A stretch of 64,000 bases of DNA from a virus (lineage: Duplodnaviria > Caudoviricetes). A model generated the notes under the pieces. That model had not been told where the DNA came from and ran no database searches. It was given only the letters and a program-made list of their open reading frames with translations. The position numbers and the translations under genes are program-made. The DNA lies in the IMG/VR virus record IMGVR_UViG_3300013105_000003, positions 1-64,000 of that record; one strand, 5' to 3'. Below, piece after piece: positions 53,848-63,036 of the stretch; the stretch's first letter is position 1; each line of letters begins with the position of its first letter.

Positions 53848-54135
53848 ATGCCAAAGTATCGTAAGAAGGCTGTAGAGATTGAAGCTATGCAGTGGGAGGG
53901 TAGTGCAGCAGAAGCTACGCCAATAATTGGTTGGGCACTATCCTATGATGTGTCAATACGTTACTACTGTCCTGAGAACTGTGCTAATGACACACATGTA
54001 TTACGAGTCCAAACCTTAGAAGGCACAATGACCGCTAAGCCAGGAGACTACATAATTAAGGGAATTCAAAATGAGTTCTATCCGTGTAAGCCTGATATAT
54101 TCTTGGCAACATATGAGCCAGTTGATGGTGTATAA
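53848..54135 (+). CDS. conserved phage protein (PGDYG-like)
   Basis: KYRKKAVEIEAMQW, TLEG..AKPGDYIIKG..EFYPCKPDIF. Confidence 0.8.
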   Translation: MPKYRKKAVEIEAMQWEGSAAEATPIIGWALSYDVSIRYYCPENCANDTHVLRVQTLEGTMTAKPGDYIIKGIQNEFYPCKPDIFLATYEPVDGV

Positions 54136-54143
54136 TAGAGTTA

Positions 54144-54632
54144 ATGGATAACATAGACCTACTTCTTTCAGCCTTGTCAGATATCCTCATCCAGTCCACA
54201 GAAATCCGCAACTCTTATCTTGAAGATGATTCAGTGGTGGGTGAGATTGAAGATGTTGGTGACTTGTACCTACGATTCAAGCAGTTCCGTAACGGCCTAG
54301 ACCGTATAGAGAACTTGTTGAATCAGTCTATTAGAATCAAGGCCAAAGCCGATAATATGTATGCAGAATCATGCTATGATATAGAAGACGCAGAAGTTCA
54401 ACTAGTAGATAAAAAGACACAAGATTACCAGTCAAGTAGAGACAGAAGTATTGAAATAAACGCAGCGACTATCACCGAACGAAGAGCATCACGAAGACTA
54501 TCAAAACTACTAACTGAAGCGCGAGCAACCGTCCAGGTAATTAGCAATCATCACAAGGGCCTAGAGTCTAGTAAGAGAGACCTGGAGACGAGAATGCGAG
54601 CACTCAGCTTCATATCACCATACGAGAAGTAA
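54144..54632 (+). CDS. helical protein, possibly UvsY-like recombination mediator
   Basis: 162-aa coiled-coil upstream of gp32-like SSB; function inferred from size and context only. Confidence 0.4.
   Translation: MDNIDLLLSALSDILIQSTEIRNSYLEDDSVVGEIEDVGDLYLRFKQFRNGLDRIENLLNQSIRIKAKADNMYAESCYDIEDAEVQLVDKKTQDYQSSRDRSIEINAATITERRASRRLSKLLTEARATVQVISNHHKGLESSKRDLETRMRALSFISPYEK
54348..54361 (+). promoter_or_regulatory. possible internal late-promoter motif upstream of SSB
   Basis: GCCGATAATATGTA, identical 14-mer to the portal promoter at 9470. Confidence 0.4.
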
Positions 54633-54695
54633 TCAACTAATAAAACAATTAATTAAACAATCAAACAAACATCAAAGAAAGAAAAGAAATTAATC
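54633..54695 (+). promoter_or_regulatory. A-rich unstructured leader of SSB (candidate translational operator)
   Basis: 63 nt with only 3 G and no SD. Confidence 0.5.
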
Positions 54696-55709
54696 ATGCA
54701 GGTATCATTCACTGACACAGCCCTTCTCAAGAAGGACAACAAGAAGGCTCCAAAATTCCGTGTGGAGAATAAGGGCGACACAGACCGTATCGTCATCATC
54801 TCCCCTCCAGAGCTATACTACGTACACGGCATCAACATGCCAGTCATCGACCCACAGACTGGCGAGAAGATCATGGAGACTCGGGAGAACCCATCTAACG
54901 GAAACACTTGGGAAGTTCCTAAGGAAGAGTTTGTTTCTGAAATGATGTGTTCTGGGAACCCAAAGGTTGTCTCAGAGGCAGATGGTGTTGACCCAGATGG
55001 TTGTACTATTTGCGCAGCTTACGTTGAGAATCCTGGAAAGTTCAAGAAGCCAGTTCCAAAGTACGCTTGTGTAGTTGCTCGTTACAAGACTGCCTTTGAG
55101 GAGACAACTCCTCAGCTAGATCCAGTACAGGCAGAGATTCTAGTGTGGGTGCTCACTCAGAAGCGTTTCGAGAAGATTTTCGCAATTGCCAAGGAGTACG
55201 GTGACCCTGTTGGTAAGCTAGACCTACTATGTGGCCCTTGCAAGAACGTCAAGATGCACAACTATGAGATTGCAGCTGCTGGTAAGTGTGCCTACAAGGA
55301 GTCCGAAGAGGTTCAAGAGTTTGTAGCTCGTGCTCTAAAGTCTTCAGGTATCACCAATGACGTTATCAAGTCAACTGTTGCTTACGCACAGACTGAGGTT
55401 AGCGTTAAGATGGCAATTAGCAAGGTTCTAGAGCGTTACGCACTAGAAGGTCATGGTGCCGTTGGTGGCGGAGCAGTTGATGTAGAGTTCAACGCTCTTG
55501 CCGCAGACTCTCACAAGGCTGCTGAGAGTGCTAGCGGAGACAGTCCTTGGGGTGCCGTCTCCTCTCCTGTTGCTTCCGCTCCTGACTTTGTAGAAAAGCC
55601 AGCAGAGGCAGCTGTCCCAGCCCCTAAGGCTGAGGAAGCTCCAGCACCAGCTCCTGCAACAGAGTCAAAGCCTGTTTCCCTAGATGACATTCTAGCTGGA
55701 CTAGGCTGA
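54696..55709 (+). CDS. single-stranded DNA-binding protein, T4 gp32-like
   Basis: H..C..CTIC Zn ligands, Pro/Ala linker, acidic tail SLDDILAGLG. Confidence 0.75.
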   Translation: MQVSFTDTALLKKDNKKAPKFRVENKGDTDRIVIISPPELYYVHGINMPVIDPQTGEKIMETRENPSNGNTWEVPKEEFVSEMMCSGNPKVVSEADGVDPDGCTICAAYVENPGKFKKPVPKYACVVARYKTAFEETTPQLDPVQAEILVWVLTQKRFEKIFAIAKEYGDPVGKLDLLCGPCKNVKMHNYEIAAAGKCAYKESEEVQEFVARALKSSGITNDVIKSTVAYAQTEVSVKMAISKVLERYALEGHGAVGGGAVDVEFNALAADSHKAAESASGDSPWGAVSSPVASAPDFVEKPAEAAVPAPKAEEAPAPAPATESKPVSLDDILAGLG

Positions 55710-55720
55710 CCCAACAACGT

Positions 55721-55756
55721 AAGTGGGGATCAGGATTAAGGTCTTGGTCCCCACTT
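55721..55756 (+). terminator. hairpin, probable terminator
   Basis: AAGTGGGGATCAGGA/TCTTGGTCCCCACTT. Confidence 0.7.
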
Positions 55757-55772
55757 GCAGTTACCTTATATT

Positions 55773-56291
55773 ATGACTAATTCACCTACTCTATACATGG
55801 GGATAGACCTAGCACAGAGGTATAGTGGCTTTGCTATTCTTAATGATGAAGCGTCTTTGGAGTGGTACTCTACATTTGATGCAGGACCAGAGTCTGACGG
55901 ATTCAGAAATAATGTCACTAAGCTATGTGATTTCATTGAATCAACAATATCAGAACAAGGTCTAAACCTAGCTCCAGTCGTAGTGTACATAGAAGACTGT
56001 CCACATATGCTTGTAAAACCTGCGTTAGTTCTTAGACTGCAGGGTGCTTTGAGACAGAGAATCTATACACTTATGCCAGAGTCGGAAGTACATATGATGA
56101 TGCCTAGTACATGGCAGCGCCACTATGGGTGGGCCAAGACTCCCGGCACAACCTCTAAAGGATTCTCTACGTTTGCTTGCAAGGCTCTAGGTTATGAGTT
56201 TGACAAGTCCGTTAAGGGCAAGCAAGCAACAGACTTACACGATGCAGTATTGATTGCGAGATATGGATATGAAAAAGCCAACAGCAGATGA
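55773..56291 (+). CDS. RuvC-like Holliday junction resolvase
   Basis: MGIDLA..SGFA, VYIED, PSTWQ, DLHDAVLIA. Confidence 0.8.
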   Translation: MTNSPTLYMGIDLAQRYSGFAILNDEASLEWYSTFDAGPESDGFRNNVTKLCDFIESTISEQGLNLAPVVVYIEDCPHMLVKPALVLRLQGALRQRIYTLMPESEVHMMMPSTWQRHYGWAKTPGTTSKGFSTFACKALGYEFDKSVKGKQATDLHDAVLIARYGYEKANSR

Positions 56292-56607
56292 AGTTCTACA
56301 GTGTCCCATTCATTGGCGTCACGGTAAAGATACGGGGGCAGATACAGTAGAAGATTACTTGATCACTCTACTACTTGAGGTAGTAAAGTGGCAAGATGTG
56401 TTTGATGGAAAGAGACCTTTCGGAAATAGTGACTGGCTCGTTAATGATATTGGGTACTCTTTAGCAATTGAGGATTTAATTGATTCTCAACCTGATATTT
56501 ATGGAGAACTAGATTTTAACTACGGAGCAGTAGAAGAAGCTGTGTATGATGCTGTAGAGGGTATTAAAGAAAACCTACACAGACTGAGAGGTTTAGATGA
56601 TTCCTGA
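56269..56607 (+). CDS. hypothetical protein
   Basis: contains FDGKRPFGNSDW. Confidence 0.65.
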   Translation: MKKPTADEVLQCPIHWRHGKDTGADTVEDYLITLLLEVVKWQDVFDGKRPFGNSDWLVNDIGYSLAIEDLIDSQPDIYGELDFNYGAVEEAVYDAVEGIKENLHRLRGLDDS

Positions 56608-56776
56608 TGAGGATGGAGTTTCCAGTGCTTGGGTCCGGCAAAGTTTTGTAGAGGATTTAGACTTTGATGAGAATGGAGAAATCACAGTCGAAGTTCCACA
56701 CAAGACCAACCCAGGAGAGACTTTGACAGTTACATTTAAAAGAATCAAACTAGGTGAGACTTATAATGACAAGTGA
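56597..56776 (+). CDS. small hypothetical protein (not in ORF track)
   Basis: 59 aa MIPDEDG...YNDK*, GAGG SD, overlaps both neighbours. Confidence 0.55.
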   Translation: MIPDEDGVSSAWVRQSFVEDLDFDENGEITVEVPHKTNPGETLTVTFKRIKLGETYNDK

Positions 56777-57065
56777 AGGAGATTTCGTAGCTCCACCACC
56801 TCCAGGAAAGCCAGGACCAAAGCCTGGGCAGGCGGGTAGAAAGTCTAAGATTTTCACAGAGGATAAGCTGACACTACTGACAAGCAATCCTGGAAAGTGG
56901 ATTGTATTGAAGCAACCAGCCACACAAAACCAGTACTCAAATGCGATACAATGGACTAAGAGGAACAACGGATTCAAGGTAGTCGGAAGACACAGCCCAG
57001 ATAATCCACCGGAAGCTAAAATTACACTATTTGCAATATACAACCCAGAGGAATTAAATGGTTAA
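56766..57065 (+). CDS. hypothetical protein
   Basis: Pro-rich N-terminus, NPGKW. Confidence 0.6.
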   Translation: MTSEGDFVAPPPPGKPGPKPGQAGRKSKIFTEDKLTLLTSNPGKWIVLKQPATQNQYSNAIQWTKRNNGFKVVGRHSPDNPPEAKITLFAIYNPEELNG

Positions 57066-58260
57066 GGCAGTTGAAAAGAAGGCATCAGGCCGCGAGCTAC
57101 TCGCTAAGATGCGTGCTAAGAAGGACTCTGTTGTAGGAGATGTTGTAAACCTAAGTATTAGTGCAATCCCTACTGGCAACTTGACCATTGACGTTATGAC
57201 CGGAATCGGTGGACTACCAAGAGGTCGAATTTCTACCCTGTATGGTTCTTACAGCTCTGGAAAAACTACGAGTGCTATTCATGCTATGGCACAAGCACAG
57301 CACAGATTGCTTGAGTCTGGTAACACAGACCGTCTCGTAGTCTTTGTAGACTATGAGCACTCTTATGACCCTGAGTATGCCCTAGGGCTAGGTCTAGACT
57401 CCTCTCTAGATAACTTTGTGTATATTAATCCAGACTCTCTTGAAGAGGGAATGCAGGCAGCAATTGACCTTATCAACACAGGTGACGTAGAAATCATTAC
57501 GTTTGACTCTGTAGCTGCAATGGTTCCACAGAAAGAGCTAGATGGTGAAGTTGGCAAAGCCGAGATGGGTAACCGAGCTAAGCTACTTGCACAGTCCTGC
57601 CGTATGCTAGCCTCCAAGGTTGCTAAGTACGACACTACAGCCATTTTCTGTAACCACGTCATGGAGAAGATCGACACATCCTTTGTAGGGCAGCAGCTTG
57701 CTTCTAGAGGTATTAAGCAGTGGACTTCTCCTGGTGGTACAGCACTTCCTTTCTACTCATCACTTATGATTTTCTTTGAGAAGTCCATCTCACAGGAAAA
57801 GGCTGAGAAGATTAATCCGCTGACTAACACAGAGATTAAGGAAGTCATCGGTCAGGTTACCAAGATGACTGTTACTAAGAACAAGGTAGGTCAGGCATAT
57901 CGTACTACGAACCTTCTCTTGACTGTACGTAACGGATTCTCTAATTACTACAGTGTGTATGAGGTTCTGCTAGGTCACAAGGTCTTCAAGAAGACGGATA
58001 CTGGTACTGTCCACAAGCTGACCATTCCAACAACTGATGGTACAGAAGAAATTAAGGGTAAGGTTAATGTCCTTGATAAGATGGAAGAAGACACTCAGTG
58101 GTTCGCTAAGCTAGAGGAAAAGGCTAGAGAGATTCTAGAGCAGCATGGGATGGACACTGTTGATAGCAGTCTCTACTCCTCTGATGGTAATATTGATATT
58201 CAGGCTGCACTAGAAGTAAGTCAAGATGAAGTAGACGAAATGAAGCTAAAGGAAGCATGA
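57058..58260 (+). CDS. recA: RecA/UvsX recombinase
   Basis: GIGGLPRGRI, GSYSSGKTT, DSVAAMVP..E, PGGTALPFYSS, KNKVG. Confidence 0.95.
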   Translation: MVKAVEKKASGRELLAKMRAKKDSVVGDVVNLSISAIPTGNLTIDVMTGIGGLPRGRISTLYGSYSSGKTTSAIHAMAQAQHRLLESGNTDRLVVFVDYEHSYDPEYALGLGLDSSLDNFVYINPDSLEEGMQAAIDLINTGDVEIITFDSVAAMVPQKELDGEVGKAEMGNRAKLLAQSCRMLASKVAKYDTTAIFCNHVMEKIDTSFVGQQLASRGIKQWTSPGGTALPFYSSLMIFFEKSISQEKAEKINPLTNTEIKEVIGQVTKMTVTKNKVGQAYRTTNLLLTVRNGFSNYYSVYEVLLGHKVFKKTDTGTVHKLTIPTTDGTEEIKGKVNVLDKMEEDTQWFAKLEEKAREILEQHGMDTVDSSLYSSDGNIDIQAALEVSQDEVDEMKLKEA

Positions 58261-58448
58261 GAATGAGTGATGAAAACACACCAGAGATTCCAGCCACTTT
58301 TCGAGATGACTTAAGTAGAATTATCAACCACCACAGTATAGATGCTAAGTTAAATGTCCCAGACTTTATTCTTGCCTCTTTTATCGAGAATGTTCTAGTT
58401 GACTTTAATTTTGCAAACTCTGCAACTAGGAGATGGGAAGGTAAGTGA
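58257..58448 (+). CDS. hypothetical protein
   Basis: INHHSID..NVPDFILA pattern. Confidence 0.65.
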   Translation: MRMSDENTPEIPATFRDDLSRIINHHSIDAKLNVPDFILASFIENVLVDFNFANSATRRWEGK

Positions 58449-59497
58449 AAACTGTAGACAAGGCTACTCTAGAAGAGTCTGTAAACTCTCTTACCCCACA
58501 ATTTATTACAGAGCCAGGTAAACTTAAAGTACAGATTCTAGAGGATTGGTTAGATGAAGAAGATAGTATTGAACCTCTTAGTGTCATCCATGTGTATCTA
58601 TACACTGAGAGCGGTAGATTCCAAACCAATTACCGGACTTTTAAGTCTCTTCTCGGTTCACTCTACATTCAAGAGCAGCTAATGAAGTTAGTGGCTCCTA
58701 GTGTTCTAGAGAGCCTTGTCAACAGTGTCCTTGCTGATATCCCAGCACACAAGGGTCCATCTTTCGTCATCGACTCTCAGGACATTGCTTCTGATGTAGT
58801 ACGTAATGCAGGAATACTACCCTTCTATCTGTCAGAGTCCATCGAGTACCTAACAAGTACTTTCTGTTACGCTGTAGATGGTAGTGGACAAACTGATAAG
58901 ATTGAGTACTTGCCTCTAGTTCACGAGGATAACTCAACAAAGGTGTCGGTGATTCATAAGGATCTATCTATAACTATCTTTGATGACTTGTGGTATGGGG
59001 GTGTTGCTCTTACTCAGTCTAGCTCTGGTAGACTGGTTCCTACTGTCACTTACTTTATGGCTCGTGATGATGACAACTACATCATTACACTTCCAGGAGT
59101 CAATCTCCGGTACTCGGTACCTAAGAATGGTGCTACAGTTGAAGATGGACTAGCGTGGATTGAGGATGCCGTAGGAATGGCTGCTAGCATTCTTCCTAGC
59201 GAGATGGAGAAGATCAAGCACTTGGCGAGTAAGGACATAGAAAGAGACCTCGCAACTATCATTAAGGATATTCTAAAAACAGTACAGCTTCCACAAGGGC
59301 AGCGAGCAAGGGTAGTAGCTGATGTTATTAATGATTTTGAAGACTCTTCTGCCTATGGGCTGATGCTTAACGTCGGTGCAGCACAGTTGACAGATGATTT
59401 GTCCTTTGCTATACTAGACAAGACACAACAAGCAGCAGGCAAGGTTCCAAGTGTTCTAGGCCACCGATGCTCCCACTGCCACCAACTAACGGAATGA
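58445..59497 (+). CDS. hypothetical protein, possibly DUF932-like, C-terminal CxxC
   Basis: GGVALTQSSSG..V..MARD segment; HRCSHCH end. Confidence 0.55.
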   Translation: MKTVDKATLEESVNSLTPQFITEPGKLKVQILEDWLDEEDSIEPLSVIHVYLYTESGRFQTNYRTFKSLLGSLYIQEQLMKLVAPSVLESLVNSVLADIPAHKGPSFVIDSQDIASDVVRNAGILPFYLSESIEYLTSTFCYAVDGSGQTDKIEYLPLVHEDNSTKVSVIHKDLSITIFDDLWYGGVALTQSSSGRLVPTVTYFMARDDDNYIITLPGVNLRYSVPKNGATVEDGLAWIEDAVGMAASILPSEMEKIKHLASKDIERDLATIIKDILKTVQLPQGQRARVVADVINDFEDSSAYGLMLNVGAAQLTDDLSFAILDKTQQAAGKVPSVLGHRCSHCHQLTE

Positions 59498-59498
59498 T

Positions 59499-59933
59499 AT
59501 GACTAGTCTTAAAGGAATTACCTCAGGTAATCTAATCAGTGCTCTGCATATATTTACTGAGGCTGACAGTGAGTTACACTTCTATCTTGATTGGAGAGAA
59601 GAGGAGACTCCTTACCCACTTGTTGTCTCAGTAGACTGTAGTGATGACTACATATGGGGTTGTGCAGATTTTGAGGATTTGACTAATGCTGATATGCCAT
59701 TGTTACGAAGGTGCTACCTAGATGCCAAAGAACTTGTAGGAGACCTGAGTTTGACTACTTACGGATTCCCACTTGGTTCTTTGTTCTGTGCAAGAAAGAG
59801 AAAACTTTATCCGACTAACCTTCTCAATCATTTCGGATTTAGTTATTGGCCTGAAGAGATTAGACAAGGGTGGATTAAATTGCTTGAAGAGGCACCTAAC
59901 TTTGAACTAGTGAGAGAAGTAGGCAGTGTCTGA
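59499..59933 (+). CDS. hypothetical protein
   Basis: CSDDYIWGCADFE, LFCARKR. Confidence 0.65.
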   Translation: MTSLKGITSGNLISALHIFTEADSELHFYLDWREEETPYPLVVSVDCSDDYIWGCADFEDLTNADMPLLRRCYLDAKELVGDLSLTTYGFPLGSLFCARKRKLYPTNLLNHFGFSYWPEEIRQGWIKLLEEAPNFELVREVGSV

Positions 59934-60153
59934 CAATTATAACCCAGATGAGATTCTTGAGGATCCAAAATCTCACCCTCTTCACAAGATGTATGCAGCG
60001 ATAAACATTGCTATACGAGACAAGGGAGAGCACTGGTATAAGTGTGCTAACTGTGGTGACCCATACCCAGAAACCGAAGAGTGGCAAAATAGTACCGTTT
60101 GTAGTGACAGCTGTGGAAATTCTTATATCAGATATTTAAACGAAGGATTTTAA
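59926..60153 (+). CDS. small Zn-finger-like protein
   Basis: CANCG..VCSDSC. Confidence 0.6.
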   Translation: MSDNYNPDEILEDPKSHPLHKMYAAINIAIRDKGEHWYKCANCGDPYPETEEWQNSTVCSDSCGNSYIRYLNEGF

Positions 60154-60154
60154 A

Positions 60155-60427
60155 ATGCCAGTAGAAGTTAGATACTATGATTACGATGGAGACGGTACTT
60201 GGCTAAGGCTAGTCAACCTAGAGCCAGATCCGCGAGATGAGCCAGAAGATGAGAGTGTAGTTGACGTTTGTGTAAAAAATGACCTCGATGAGAGTTCTAT
60301 AGCAGTGAGGCTAACTGCGGACGATGTGAAGAGGTTAATTACAGATTTGCAATCTACTCTTCCTAAGACAGTAGCCGGGAGTATTGACACTCCTATTGTT
60401 ACTACTATAAATCCTAGTTGGTCGTAA
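60155..60427 (+). CDS. hypothetical protein
   Basis: AAGGA SD, packed ORF. Confidence 0.6.
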   Translation: MPVEVRYYDYDGDGTWLRLVNLEPDPRDEPEDESVVDVCVKNDLDESSIAVRLTADDVKRLITDLQSTLPKTVAGSIDTPIVTTINPSWS

Positions 60428-60428
60428 T

Positions 60429-60803
60429 ATGGCTGATAAGTACAGTCCCCAAAAAGGTGATAGGGTTAAGTTGACAATTGAGGCTACTGTAGTAGAGTCA
60501 GATGACTACAAGGCAAAAAAGGGTTGCCTTAGTTATGTTCTCTTAGAGGCTGACACTCCTGAGTACCTAGACCCTGTGTATCTAGAGCTAGTAGGAGTAC
60601 TCGAAAAATCTTGTACTCTAGAGAAGATAGAGAAGCCTCTAGAAGAAGGTTGGGTAGTGGTTAAGTCTTTATCAAGTCAACAAAAGAATGAGACTGCTGT
60701 CTATCACAAAGACGGGTATTTGTACCTAGATAGTGGCTGTACCATATTCTGGAATAAGCTGGCTGGTGTTGAAGTAATTACTAGACTAGAGTCAGCTAAG
60801 TAA
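60429..60803 (+). CDS. hypothetical protein
   Basis: packed ORF. Confidence 0.6.
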   Translation: MADKYSPQKGDRVKLTIEATVVESDDYKAKKGCLSYVLLEADTPEYLDPVYLELVGVLEKSCTLEKIEKPLEEGWVVVKSLSSQQKNETAVYHKDGYLYLDSGCTIFWNKLAGVEVITRLESAK

Positions 60804-60839
60804 GATGTTTATGTAAAACTCTTGCAATTCCAACAATCT

Positions 60840-60880
60840 AATGTCAAGGTCTCGTCATTTCGATGAGACCTTACATTTTT
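60840..60880 (+). terminator. intrinsic terminator
   Basis: AAGGTCTCGTC/GATGAGACCTT stem followed by ACATTTTT. Confidence 0.75.
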
Positions 60881-60881
60881 G

Positions 60882-60889
60882 ACGATAAT
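60882..60889 (+). promoter_or_regulatory. phage promoter motif ACGATAAT
   Basis: right after terminator, upstream of RNR. Confidence 0.7.
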
Positions 60890-60930
60890 ATTAGAACACA
60901 AAAGACTATAGATAATAGAAAGAAGACCAC

Positions 60931-63036
60931 ATGACAGTCTCTGGCATTAACTTCTCATTTACCCTTCCCAATTCGTTTGTAGATGAGTACCGAGACAAGA
61001 AGCCACCATTTGGATATGTAGACGCTGCAGGAACCTCTATGGGAGAGGTAGTCTTTGCACGTACCTACTCTCGTAAGAAGGAAGACGGAGCTAAAGAGCA
61101 GTGGTATGAGGTATGTGAGCGTGTTATCAATGGCATGTTCTCCATTCAAAAGGATCACTGCCTTTCCAGCCGACTTCCTTGGAATGGACCAAAGGCACTA
61201 GCAACAGCCAAGGATGCTTACGACAGACTATTCAACCTCAAGTGGTCTCCTCCAGGGCGTGGTCTCTGGATGATGGGATCAAAGCTAGTAAATGAGCAGC
61301 ACAATGCAGCTGCACTTCAAAATTGTGCCTTTGTAAGTACTAAAGATATGACAAAGTTTGACCCCGCCAAGGTGTTTGCATTCCTTATGGAAGGTTCTAT
61401 GCTTGGAATTGGTATGGGATTTGACACCAAGGGGTCTCAGCTAGGGCTAGTAGTGCAGAAGCCAAAGGATGACGCTGAGATATTTACTATTCCTGACACT
61501 CGTGAGGGTTGGGTAGAGGCTACCAAGCAGATTATTAATGCATACCTAGTAGAAGGCAAGTCAAAGCCTAAGTTCGATTACACCGCTATTCGTCCATCAG
61601 GTGCCCCTATTAAGACATTTGGTGGTACTGCCTCTGGGCCAGCACCTTTGATTACTCTCCACGAGAATCTAGTCAAGATGTTTGAAGCTAACATCGGTGA
61701 GCCTGTAGGTGCCAAGATTATTGCAGATATTGGTAACATGATTGGTGTCTGTGTTGTTTCTGGTAACGTCCGTCGCTCAGCAGAACTTCTTATGGGCAGC
61801 ATTGAAGATGACGAATTCCTTAACCTCAAGAACCTAGACAAGAACCCAGATCGCTCAGACTGGTATTGGATGAGTAATAACTCAGTAGAGGCTAAGGTTG
61901 GTGATGACCTTTCAGCAATTGCTGAAGGTGTCAAGCGTAACGGTGAGCCTGGAGTTATCTGGATGGACGTTACACGTAAGTATGGGCGACTAAAGGATGC
62001 ACCTAACAACAAGGACTGGCGTGCAGCTGGCTATAATCCTTGCGCAGAGCAGTCTCTAGAGTCCTTTGAGTGCTGCACCCTATCAGAGTCATACCTAATG
62101 AATACGGACTCGTTAGAGGACTATCTGAAGACTCTGAAGGTTGCCTACCTGTATGCTAAGACAGTAACCCTACTCCCAACGCACTGGCCCGAGACGAATG
62201 CAATTATGCAGCGTAATCGTCGTATCGGAATGAGTATGTCAGGTATTGCTGACTTTGTTGACTCTCATGGCCTACCTAGCCTCCGCGAATACATGGACAA
62301 GGGTTACGATGAGGTACAGCGACTCGATGAAGTATACTCTGAGTGGCTATGTGTTCGTCCATCTATTAAGACAACTACAGTCAAGCCAAGTGGTACTGTC
62401 TCACTCCTAGCTGGAACGTCTCCAGGCGTTCACTGGACTGTTGGCGGTAGCTACTTTATTAGACGAGTTATCTTTGACAAGAATGATCCTGTAGTTGAGC
62501 AGTTCCGCAACTCTGGGTACCCAGTGATAGACTCTGTATACACTCCTGAAACCTCAGTAGTAGTGGAGTTCCCAATTAAGTCTAAGGCTAAGCGATCTGA
62601 AGCTGACGTAAGTATCTTTGAAAAGGCATTCCTTGCCTCAGAGGCACAGCGTTACTGGTCTGACAACTCTGTATCAGTTACTGTATCATTCGATCCTGAG
62701 ACTGAAGGTGACCACATCGAGAAGATTCTTCACATGTATGAAGGTTCTTTGAAGACTGTATCATTCCTTCCAATGGGTGGAGCATACCAACAGATGCCAT
62801 ATGAGTCAATTACTGAGGATGAGTGGGAAGAGCGTAGAGTACAGATTCTACCTGTAGACCTATCACCAATTTATGGTCTTGAGGCAGAGGATGCAGCAGG
62901 AGAAAAGTACTGCAGTACGGACGCTTGCGAAATTAAGGAATTTACATCTACGGTAGAAGATTATAAGAGTGGCCTAGATATTAATTACGAACAGATTGTA
63001 GAATTAGAAACTAAGACAGCGAAGTTAAATGACTAA
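60931..63036 (+). CDS. nrdJ: class II (AdoCbl-dependent) ribonucleotide reductase
   Basis: RTYSR, PPGRGLW, LQNCAF, GNVRRSA, NPCAEQ, TTVKPSGT, C-terminal CSTDAC. Confidence 0.92.
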   Translation: MTVSGINFSFTLPNSFVDEYRDKKPPFGYVDAAGTSMGEVVFARTYSRKKEDGAKEQWYEVCERVINGMFSIQKDHCLSSRLPWNGPKALATAKDAYDRLFNLKWSPPGRGLWMMGSKLVNEQHNAAALQNCAFVSTKDMTKFDPAKVFAFLMEGSMLGIGMGFDTKGSQLGLVVQKPKDDAEIFTIPDTREGWVEATKQIINAYLVEGKSKPKFDYTAIRPSGAPIKTFGGTASGPAPLITLHENLVKMFEANIGEPVGAKIIADIGNMIGVCVVSGNVRRSAELLMGSIEDDEFLNLKNLDKNPDRSDWYWMSNNSVEAKVGDDLSAIAEGVKRNGEPGVIWMDVTRKYGRLKDAPNNKDWRAAGYNPCAEQSLESFECCTLSESYLMNTDSLEDYLKTLKVAYLYAKTVTLLPTHWPETNAIMQRNRRIGMSMSGIADFVDSHGLPSLREYMDKGYDEVQRLDEVYSEWLCVRPSIKTTTVKPSGTVSLLAGTSPGVHWTVGGSYFIRRVIFDKNDPVVEQFRNSGYPVIDSVYTPETSVVVEFPIKSKAKRSEADVSIFEKAFLASEAQRYWSDNSVSVTVSFDPETEGDHIEKILHMYEGSLKTVSFLPMGGAYQQMPYESITEDEWEERRVQILPVDLSPIYGLEAEDAAGEKYCSTDACEIKEFTSTVEDYKSGLDINYEQIVELETKTAKLND

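Noticed and set aside
43877-63036. Inteins, introns or homing endonucleases in helicases, polA, recA or nrdJ
   Set aside because: Protein lengths are normal and motifs contiguous; no C/S...HN splice or LAGLIDADG/HNH motifs seen
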